This document shows, in pieces, positions 1 to 8,200 of a DNA stretch of 43,782 nt. The translations under genes and the position numbers were made by a program. The notes beneath the pieces are model-generated. The model saw only the letters and a program-made list of their open reading frames with translations, ran no database searches and was not told where the DNA came from. Origin of the DNA: Clostridia bacterium (GTDB taxonomy: Bacteria; Bacillota; Clostridia; Oscillospirales; SIG627); NCBI GenBank assembly GCA_017558945.1, contig JAFYTG010000196.1, positions 1-43,782 on the forward strand, in the 5' to 3' direction. Position 1 is the first letter of the stretch; each line of letters starts with the position of its first letter.

Positions 1-53
1 GCGTCAGGTTGTGGCCCTGAAGGCCGTGGGTTCGAATCCCATCACTCACCCCA
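1..53 (+). tRNA. 3' part of tRNA-His (anticodon GTG), truncated by the window edge, CCA encoded
   Basis: Anticodon stem tcagg(4-8)/cctga(16-20). Loop ttGTGgc (9-15). T-arm gtggg-ttcgaat-cccat (26-42). Acceptor 3' strand cactcac (43-49). Discriminator C50 is the His-typical C73. CCA at 51-53. The 3' end closely resembles known bacterial tRNA-His. Confidence 0.8.
28..53. repeat. attL core (gggttcgaatcccatcactcacccca), part of the intact tRNA-His
   Basis: Identical 26-mer recurs at 35048-35073. Flanking bases differ on both sides. Confidence 0.9.
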
Positions 54-62
54 AAAATGAAA

Positions 63-108
63 AGCACTGTATATAGGCAAAAACGTCTATTTACAGTGCT
101 TTTCTTTT
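63..108 (+). terminator. Rho-independent terminator after the reconstituted tRNA (phage-supplied)
   Basis: Stem agcactgta(63-71)/tacagtgct(92-100) with extra inner pairing, followed by tttcttttg. Confidence 0.6.
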
Positions 109-302
109 GTTTGCTCATTTTCCCTTACTATGCTGTTTCATCCCAAAATTGCCCAATAAATGATGTAGAATTGCTGTAGTAAAAATCGCACCCTTTAGTT
201 GATGCAGTCGAACGCCGTCTGCTTTTGTTTTCTAACACGAACAGGCGGACCGTGTTTTCATATGTTGAAGTTGATTATGATGTGAATCGAAGGAGAAACA
301 TC

Positions 303-572
303 ATGAGCATAAGCTTCAAATTCGCAAATCTCATACTTAATGCCCGTCTCGATTCAGGACTCACACAAAGCGAAGTTGCACAGGCCGTATCCGTCAGCAC
401 GCGTTGGATACAGCGCATCGAAGCAGGCGAAAAGCTTCCGGGCACTCTCACAATGCTTAGACTGATTTTATTTTTCGACCTCGATATCGAGGAACTGAGA
501 AAGGAGATAGGGCTTATTGAACCTATATCTGATAACCGCCGAAGGCTGTTCGCAAAGCACTCAGGGAAATAA
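303..572 (+). CDS. XRE-family helix-turn-helix protein
   Basis: ATG at 303 preceded by aaggag. Sequence LTQSEVAQAVSVSTRWIQRIEAGEKLP is a classic HTH_XRE signature. Confidence 0.7.
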   Translation: MSISFKFANLILNARLDSGLTQSEVAQAVSVSTRWIQRIEAGEKLPGTLTMLRLILFFDLDIEELRKEIGLIEPISDNRRRLFAKHSGK

Positions 573-610
573 GCGTGCATTTGGGATAGCTGTTTTTCAC
601 AATTTCAGGA

Positions 611-632
611 AGGTCGCGCACGTGCACGACCT
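611..632. promoter_or_regulatory. 22-bp near-perfect palindrome aggtcg-c-gcacgtgc-a-cgacct (weak terminator or protein-binding site)
   Basis: Seen directly, about 40 nt downstream of the XRE gene, followed by tttct. Confidence 0.3.
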
Positions 633-742
633 TTCTGACCGCCTCGCATTTGTGCTCTCACTGTGCGTGAAATTTACATTTTACCAATTGTCACCACTAC
701 ACATCGCAGATGTACTCGAAGATACCCTCTCCGAGCCTCACT

Positions 743-784
743 AAAAAAACACGGCAGAAACTATGGAACACATAATTTCTGCCG
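743..784 (-). terminator. Terminator downstream of the HNH-like operon
   Basis: Stem cggcagaaa(752-760)/tttctgccg(776-784). The A7 run at 743-749 gives a U-tract on the minus strand. Confidence 0.6.
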
Positions 785-851
785 CATTTCTTTATTCTTC
801 TTTACTGCATTCGGGATAGAGTTCCCATCAAACCGTTTCACTTTGCCAAAG

Positions 852-1346
852 CTAATCCTTCCGTTTCTTTCTATTACGGTTTTGGGTTATAGAATCAGCC
901 CAACGGCAGTTATCTGGCGAATATCCCTTATCTCCATCTATTCGATCAATTGATAAATTATCCGCATAGCCGTGTGAAATAGACCAATTATAGAAGTTTA
1001 CAAAACCAGTCTCTTTATTTAACCAATCATCGCAAATAGCAATACCTCTCTCGCCATAGTTTTTATAGGCTTTACTATGTTTGTTATAACATCTTGTTTT
1101 CATTGCATTATAAATTCTATACAGTCGTGTCTTTATTTGCCCATGCTTATTTTGCTTTTTTAAACACCCACAAGATTGTGTTCTTCCGTTGCGCAAATTA
1201 GATCCTCGCACAATCTTACTTTCACCACAAGAACATTTGCAAAGCCAATGAGGCTCTTTAAACTTTGTAGTTTTGGGACAAGGAGCAGGACCTATAACAG
1301 TCCATCTTCCGAATTTTTGCCCGGTTAAATCAATCATCTTAGGCAT
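852..1346 (-). CDS. HNH-type (homing-like) endonuclease family protein
   Basis: N-terminus MIDLTGQKFGRWTV, then a CxCxCG...SCGC Cys cluster. C-terminal SIDRIDGDKGYSPDNCRWADSITQNRN is an HNH-like motif. The start is ambiguous (1346, 1337 or 1382). Confidence 0.65.
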   Translation of the reverse strand: MPKMIDLTGQKFGRWTVIGPAPCPKTTKFKEPHWLCKCSCGESKIVRGSNLRNGRTQSCGCLKKQNKHGQIKTRLYRIYNAMKTRCYNKHSKAYKNYGERGIAICDDWLNKETGFVNFYNWSISHGYADNLSIDRIDGDKGYSPDNCRWADSITQNRNRKKRKD

Positions 1347-1480
1347 AAGCTCACCCGCCTTTCCTTCTGTTCGACGAGACAAGGATACAGACGTTCCCTC
1401 AGTCGACGCAATATTTCTTCCCTTTCACTTTCTGCAAGAGTTGCCCAAAGGTTCAAAATTTCTCTGTCAGTATTACTCAT
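1334..1480 (-). CDS. 48-aa hypothetical protein, paralog of 33596-33745
   Basis: RBS gggagaggg. Start overlaps the upstream stop as ATGA. Shares TD..IL.LW.TL..E...L..L with the other copy. Below the 60-aa cutoff of the ORF track. Confidence 0.45.
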   Translation of the reverse strand: MSNTDREILNLWATLAESEREEILRRLRERLYPCLVEQKERRVSLCLR

Positions 1481-1584
1481 TTTTCCCTCTCCCTATAAAA
1501 TAGATATAAGACGAGAGCCTTAATGAGCTTCGCAATTCCTAAGCCTATCATAATAAATGACAGCACAAATAAAAATTCTTTCAT
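1477..1584 (-). CDS. 35-aa hydrophobic peptide (MKEFLFVLSFIMIGLGIAKLIKALVLYLFYREREK)
   Basis: RBS aaggagaaa 6 nt upstream of the ATG. One predicted TM segment. Translationally coupled to the next ORF. Paralogous to the peptide at 30795-30944. Confidence 0.45.
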   Translation of the reverse strand: MKEFLFVLSFIMIGLGIAKLIKALVLYLFYREREK

Positions 1585-1593
1585 AATTTCTCC

Positions 1594-1622
1594 TTGACTT
1601 TTCATTATTTTTTTGATATTAT
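1594..1622 (+). promoter_or_regulatory. Sigma-70-like promoter TTGACT-17-TATTAT on the plus strand, antisense to the peptide genes
   Basis: -35 at 1594-1599 and -10 at 1617-1622, with an exact 17-nt spacer. It overlaps the RBS of the 35-aa peptide gene. Confidence 0.5.
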
Positions 1623-1654
1623 CAAGGAGGAGAAGATAACTACTCCTCCTTGAT
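1621..1654. other. 12-bp perfect hairpin atcaaggaggag/ctcctccttgat carrying an SD-like and an anti-SD sequence
   Basis: Seen directly. The 3' arm could instead pair with the true SD (ucaaggag) of the 35-aa peptide ORF on the minus-strand RNA. Confidence 0.5.
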
Positions 1655-1665
1655 TTTGTCGGCTC

Positions 1666-1785
1666 TTAAAGTCTTTTGCTTATTAAAGCAATCAGAATGC
1701 CGACCGTTAGGTCAATCAGTCCACTAATTATCAATTCGGCTAAATTGATTGTGGTTCTGTTTGACCTTTTCTTTTTCTTGCTCAA
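1666..1785 (-). CDS. 39-aa peptide with basic N-terminus and one TM segment (SKKKKRSNRTTINLAELIISGLIDLTVGILIALISKRL), TTG start
   Basis: SD gagaggggg lies 8 nt upstream of the TTG. A consensus promoter sits directly upstream. The ORF contains no ATG. Confidence 0.45.
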   Translation of the reverse strand: MSKKKKRSNRTTINLAELIISGLIDLTVGILIALISKRL

Positions 1786-1816
1786 TTTAATCGCCCCCTC
1801 TCTTGTTTCTGTATAT

Positions 1817-1845
1817 ATTATACACTATTTAGTGTCTTTTGTCAA
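1817..1845 (-). promoter_or_regulatory. Consensus promoter TTGACA-17-TATAAT (minus strand) driving the 39-aa peptide
   Basis: Reverse complement of 1840-1845 is TTGACA and of 1817-1822 is TATAAT. Spacer is 17 nt. Confidence 0.7.
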
Positions 1846-1892
1846 TAGCTTTATGAAACTATTTTAATATTTTTGAAATTTTTATTTTTCTA

Positions 1893-1921
1893 TTGACATT
1901 TAATAATTTACAATGTATAAT
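1893..1921 (+). promoter_or_regulatory. Consensus promoter TTGACA-17-TATAAT (plus strand) driving the XRE gene
   Basis: -35 at 1893-1898 and -10 at 1916-1921. It diverges from the minus-strand promoter about 50 bp away. Confidence 0.7.
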
Positions 1922-1954
1922 AAAATCACAAATCATAAAAGAGGTGATATGCAA

Positions 1955-2173
1955 ATGCCTTTGACTATGGGCGAAAAAATCAAAATTATTTTAAAAAGAA
2001 GAAATATGACTCTTGCTCAGCTCGCAGAAAAAACTGAGCAATCTCGTCAAAATCTCTCAAACAAATTAAGCCGAGATAATTTCACAGAAAAAGAGCTTTA
2101 TTCAATTGCCTCCGCTTTGGACTGCACCTTTGAAGCAAGCTTCACGATGAACGACACAGGCGAAAAAATCTAA
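1955..2173 (+). CDS. XRE-family HTH protein (72 aa)
   Basis: RBS aagaggtg 8 nt upstream of the ATG at 1955. MTLAQLAEKTEQSRQNLSNKLSR is an HTH signature. Confidence 0.7.
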   Translation: MPLTMGEKIKIILKRRNMTLAQLAEKTEQSRQNLSNKLSRDNFTEKELYSIASALDCTFEASFTMNDTGEKI

Positions 2174-2202
2174 TGCAAAAAATATACTTACGTATACAAA
2201 AA

Positions 2203-2229
2203 CGGTAGGAAAGCTCCTACCGTTTTTTT
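2203..2229. terminator. Bidirectional terminator between convergent genes
   Basis: Stem cggtagga/tcctaccg with loop aagc. A-run upstream and T7 downstream. Confidence 0.75.
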
Positions 2230-5200
2230 CTATTGCCTTGTTGGAAAATTGTATTCTCTTTTAGGCAGATTAAATTTTCTCTCGGGGAGATTGTATTTCG
2301 GCTGTGTGCCGCTCTCCGAGGCTTTGCCGTCATTGAAGGCTTGAGCGATTCCCGAGGCATAATCGCCGTAGGGATTATTTTTCACCGAGCTTGAGCCCGT
2401 GACTATCTGCCACAGAGCTGCCTTCTGCTGAACCGTTAGTGATATTTCGTTATCCCCTCCCGGCAAGGCAAAGCCGTAGCTCGTCGGAAACAGACCGTCA
2501 ATTGCTTTCTGGTATTCGGCGGCGGAATAGCTGCCGTTACCGTTCGTATCGTACTCGCTCATATTAAGCTTGAGAGCGGTAAACGCCTTCAAGGGAACGT
2601 CATTATCGTAGCAGAGGTCAAGCCTCTTGCTTTGAGCGTCCTCAGTGACAAGAGCCTTGAGAGCCTCAAGAGTCGTTTCCTCGGGATAGCCTGCCTGAGC
2701 TACCGCATCCCACTTCTGAGCCTGCGACACACTTGTTTTATTGCCGAGAGGCTCAAGGGCCTTCAAACTCAAGGCAAGGTGTACTGCAACCCCCTCCGAA
2801 AGTCCCGTGTCTATAAGCTTATCGTAAGACTCGGAATCATCGCCGATGTATTCCTCGAAGAGCAACACTCGATCGTGTGAGTCAAGAGTGCCATCGAGTA
2901 TGAGCTTCGCCTTATTATGCATTTTATCCGCATTTTTGATATCAAGAATAACGTTGATGGCAGACGGGGAGCTTATACGGTCAAGCGTTGCACGCTCGCT
3001 CTCGGTATTGCTCGCCAGCATATTATAATAAAGTGAAAGCTTTGCCTCATCAGAAACGTTGGAATTACGCAATGCACTTCGTTTATCCTTAGTTTTTTCT
3101 GTCGTTCGTATGGTGTTTATAAGCTCAAGAGCTTCCCTCTCACCTGCGCCGACTGCCTTCATCTCTTCATAAGCACGAGTCTGATCTGAGGTGTAGCTCT
3201 TAAAGCCTCCCTCTACCCAATCCTGAGCCGTAGGAAGAGAGCTTTTGCCGAATATAAGCGCTTTAGCGGCGTTGCCGACACTCTTTGCACCCTCATCTGA
3301 ATAATAAGGATATTGAAGCTTTTCATCTCCTTTGCTGTCGGTTTTATAGCTTCCCCCTTTAGCAAGAGCAATTCCGCCCTTGACTGTTTTTGATATTTGT
3401 CCGCCACCCGTCGGTAAAAACAAGTAAGTTGCAGGATTTTCAAGCTCCTTGGCAATGGACTTGAGACCTCCGTTGCCTATTCTGCTCAGGTCCTGAGGAA
3501 GCCCGTCTATCAGCTCCGACACACTTCCGTACGGCAACGCAGATTCCAACGGGAACCTGCCTCCTCCGAAATATCCGCCGACAAAGGGAAGCTCCTCGAC
3601 GATATTGTCCACGAGATTGCTGACGGTATTTTCATCCCCATCACGTATATCACGTATTGTATCCGCCGCCATTCCGATCGGGTCAAATGCCGCATCGTTT
3701 CCCGTAAGCTCCTTGAACACAAGGTTAAACAAGGCGGCACCGATAAACATTTTAACGTATCCGAATATCAGTCTTCCTATACCCTCGTTTTTTAAGTCTC
3801 GGGGCATATCCTTGAACATATACCCATATTGGTTATTGACCTCAAGCTGAAACGCCGTAAATATCCTTGAAATAAAGTTTTTCGCCTCAAACGCAGTCGG
3901 CATTTCTCCTCGGCTGCGGCTTGCCATAACGCTTGAGCAGAATACGTCGGCGTTGTATATAGCCTGTGCCTCCGACATTCCCTCCTTAATATTGTCGTAA
4001 TACTTACCTCGCCATATCACCTCTGACGATAGCGAATCTATCATTTCCATAGGTATCGAAACACTATCGGACACCTTATCCCATCCGCTTTTATAAAGCT
4101 TTTCGACCTTTTCAAGCCTATTGGTCAAAAATGCAGACTTTTCAGTTAAGCCATCATTTTTAAAGGTGGTCGATATAAAATCGCCGAATGCCTTCAAGGA
4201 GCTTCCGAGCGACACCTCTCCCCAGGACTGCGTAACGGATATGAAATTGGTTAACGCAGAGCGTATATTTCCGCCTATCATATTTCCGCTTACTCGGCTC
4301 GACACGTTATCCATAACAGAATAAAATTTTCTGTTTAAAGCCGTTTCCGTGCTTCTGTCAGAGGTGGATTTTTTCCCTGCAAGCGTATTGGTCTGCTTGC
4401 GAAAATCAATAACAAAGTTATTGAGCGGATTACTCTTGGTCTCCAAAACCTTATCTATCAGAGCCTGAGTCGTTTCCTCGTCGTGCCCCTCGGCTATTAT
4501 TTTGTCAATCTCCTCCTGAGCTCCCTTATCGCTATGCTCATACCTTATACGGTTTTCAAAGGCACGTCGTTTTTGAATATCCTCGATATGATATATCCAA
4601 TCAAGTGCGCCTTGAACGTAGGAATCAAGTCCTTTTGTAAAGCTGTAATCGGTTATATCCGATTTTCTCTCTTTATTGAAGGGTTGATAGCTACGCTCGG
4701 GATTAAAGGTCTCGGTAAGGCCTGCTATATCCGTCGGGATCTCATTACTTTTGATTTTCCAGTTGAAGAGTCTTGCAAACCAACCTTGCTTTTCATCGGT
4801 AAAATGAGGAAAATATCCCTCACGATACGGAATTTCCTTCATACCCTGCTCTCGCAAGGTTTCGTTCAATCTGGCAAAGAGACCGTCATACGTTTCTCTT
4901 GCCATTTTTATTGCACGTTCAACCTTTTTGGTGTCTATTTCGTTCTTATGCTCGTCATAGAACCTGCTCACGTCGTCTTCGGTAAGAGTGGTGTCGGGGT
5001 TATGGCGAAGCTCTCCGAGCATTTGAATATATGCATCCTCCGCCCTGGTTATCTTCATATCCGCATAAGGAGACTTAATACTGTTAGCCTCACGTATAAG
5101 CTGCGCCTCGTGAACGTTATATTTTCCCTGAAGCTCGTCCCATATCGCATCAGCCCTCTCAATATCGTGAGTTCCGTCAGCCTTCCGTATTATATCCCGA

Positions 5201-8200
5201 AGATTACGCCTCAAGGTATTCGTGGAATAGTGAAGCCCCAATTTTTTATCTCTCCAGGTGGAAGAGTCGCCGATGAGCTGCTGCATAAGAAGATCATACT
5301 CCTCACGCTTGCTCATCCGCTGTTCCCTTTGCTTGAACTCGGGAGTACCCATTTTGTCAATACGAGCTTGCACGTCCTCAATGCGCTTATCCAATATGGC
5401 AAGCGAATCATCTCTCAGACGTTCAAGCCTTGCTATGCGGGCTTTTAATTGTGTAGCAGTCTTTGACGTATCATTTCGCTTCTGCGATAATAAAAACTGC
5501 AAACCCGCTATTTCATCATCAAACGAGACCTTTGTATCGTGACGTGATATTCCAAGCTCCTCCAGCTCCTTTTCCAAGCTCTCAAGCTTTTGAAGATTTG
5601 CCCCCTTTACCGTAGCTTGACCTTCTGCGATACTGTCAGCTCGGGCGTCGGGATACATTTCCTCTGCGGTTTTCAGTACGATGGGTTCAACGTCGTCAGC
5701 CGTATCCGCCTCTCCGTTACCCTTATAGTAAAGGTCAACGAGCGGTGTGCTGTATGCACCTATATCGGACTGTTCAACGTTTTTGGGAGAAAGTGAATAT
5801 TTTCCATTGACATTTCCGTCAGGAGATGTTATCATATTTTCAGACATAGAGTTGATGTATGGATCCACCGTAGCATTATTGCTACGACCCATAGAAAAAC
5901 TGATTTTTTCAGTTCTAGACTCTGTGTCTTTTGTTTTTAGCAATTCAAATGCTTTCCCTTCAGGTGATAATACTCGTAGCGAGTGAACTCTACCTTTACC
6001 AAACATTACAGATACAACAATATTTCCCTTTTCGCCATTAAGAATTGCAGGTGCTGCAAATGTTATTGATACCGTTCCTTGTCCTTTGTGATTTTTATGA
6101 CCGGAAATTATTTTTCCTTTTTTTATTACATAAGGCGAAGCAATAGCCGCTGCACGTTCCGGATCTGTTTTTGCATAATTTTCAATTGATGAGATTGCAT
6201 CTTCGTCAAAAAGGATGCTACCCAAGCCTTGTACATCAATCTTGTTTCCGAAAGATTTTTTTAACGTATCTTCAAGAACTTTATAATACGGTCTTTTATC
6301 CTGCTTGCTATAAGTCACGTCTACGACCGGTTGCATTGAATTAACTTCGTCAAGGTGTGCAATTAATTGTTCTTTTAACGTACTGAAATTGTCAGGATCC
6401 CAGTTTATATCTAAGTCACGAACGTCTTTTTGAGTGAGACTATATCTAACCTCCCCCGAATTATTCTTAAGCTTAGAGTTCAAAGCTCTCTCGAGTCTAT
6501 GCTGAGCTGTTAAAAGCTTGCGAGCCTCGGGGGTATTTGCTTTTATAAGAGAAATTACGTGCTTTATTTCGTTCAAAATACGCTGTGCGAGGTTGGGATG
6601 CTTTGCGGCAAGGCTATTGACAAAGCCCTCATCGGAAAAGAGGTATTCTCCGACAAGCTCGGCAGTAAGCTCCTCATTGATATCGGCATTTTTTACGGTT
6701 CTGTACATTCGGGCTACAGCCTTGTGCTTGTCTTCGTAAACACCGATCTGATTTGCGTAACCGATAACAGCCCTTTGTAAGCTGTCGTAATACTTGGAAC
6801 CCTCAAGCACGTGGGTTATTTCATGACCGATAACCGACTGCCACGCCTTGCGGGACTCGGCATTGATGAGCACCGTTTTGCCCGTATACACACCGTTAAC
6901 GAAGCGGTTGCCGACAGAAAAGCCCGATTCCTTGAGCCTTTCATTGTTGACGAACTCAAATTCAACACCCGTTCTTGAGTAAAGCTTTGCGGCAAGGTCT
7001 ACAAGCCGATGAGACGCCTCGGTGTCATTGAGCACACCGCTTGCAATCGCCCTCTCAACGATATATCGCTCCTTACCCTCATATTTTGTCGGGTCATCGG
7101 TGAACGCTCTGTTGGAAGCCGTCTTTTCCCGATATTCCTCTGTGACGTATTCCTCGGCCGTCACAAACGGAAGCGGGTCATTCTGAACAGTGTATGGAAG
7201 CTGTGAAGCTTCGTCCTTTGTGTCCGATGTATCGGGGTTGACAGAACTGTCAGGGTGTGGTATACTAATATTAGTAGCATTGCTGTCAAGAGACGTTTCG
7301 GACGTAAGTTGCGGGGAAGAGTATTCTTCTATGTTCAACAATTGACCTTTGCTACCTTTTTTTATGTACGAGCTTGTTATCCAGATTATCTTGTTGGTGC
7401 TATCCGGAACACATTCAGAAACATATATTGTGTTGTTGCCAACCTTTTTTTCTATGCGAATTTGAGGAGCATAACTCCCATCGCTGTTTTGAAATCTGGT
7501 GGATAAAGATACATTTCCATTTTTATCAAGTACAAACTCACCTGAATCGGCATTTTGTATTGCCCACGGTATTAAAAACTGTGAAGCTTCATCGAACATT
7601 GATTTGTCGGCTTTGCCATTCTCGCCATGACGAATATACGTGTGTGATGCACCTGTACCATCTATCCAGATTTGATAGCCCTCCGAAGAAAATCGCGGGT
7701 TGATGGTTTTCATTAAGCTGTTAACTATTTCTGTATGATTTTTAGAAGCTTCACCTATTTTGTGCTTTCTTTTAGATATAAGTGATTTGTCAAGCATTGA
7801 ATTTACACTATTGATAAAGTTTTTGAATCTTAATCCATTTTCATAATTATCCTTTGATAATTTTACAGTAATAATGCTTCGACCATCTTTTGACATTGTT
7901 TCGACCGTCTCATTTACCGAGGCGGTATTATTGTCATCAAGCTCAACCGACGTTGATTTCAAGGCACCGTTTTCATAGTCCTCAAGGTACAGCTCCGCCA
8001 TACTTTTACCGGACGCTTTCGCACGTGCTTCAAGCTCGTCAAAATATTTATTTTTGCCCGTCCATTCGCTCTGTGCTTTGTTAAAATCAGAGGCGATTTG
8101 AGGAGCGGAAAATACGCTGGACATAGCAGCACCCGAGAGTGCACCTGCAATTCCGTCTATTCCAAGCTCAAGAGCCTTATCCTTTACCGCATTTACCCAA

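Noticed and set aside
1-53. First reading of the tRNA fragment as a class II (long variable arm) Ser/Leu tRNA
   Set aside because: Refolding gives a normal 5-bp anticodon stem (4-8/16-20) with loop ttGTGgc. The discriminator C is the tRNA-His hallmark. The apparent ggcc/ggcc arm is just the anticodon stem-loop region.
517-953. Plus-strand ORFs 517-744 and 663-953 in the gap after the first XRE gene
   Set aside because: They have no RBS, run through terminator hairpins and overlap the HNH gene end. The region is more likely noncoding/regulatory.
1273-1867. Plus-strand ORFs 1273-1503 and 1676-1867
   Set aside because: They overlap the minus-strand small ORFs and promoters, lack an RBS and are hydrophobic junk frames of AT-rich DNA. 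The minus-strand peptides have strong SDs and promoters.
4483-5448. 321-aa plus-strand ORF, plus many 60-110-aa plus-strand ORFs between 2600 and 9100
   Set aside because: All lie antisense inside the 2556-aa ORF, lack RBS-like sequences and have odd low-complexity composition. They are typical shadow ORFs of a long gene.
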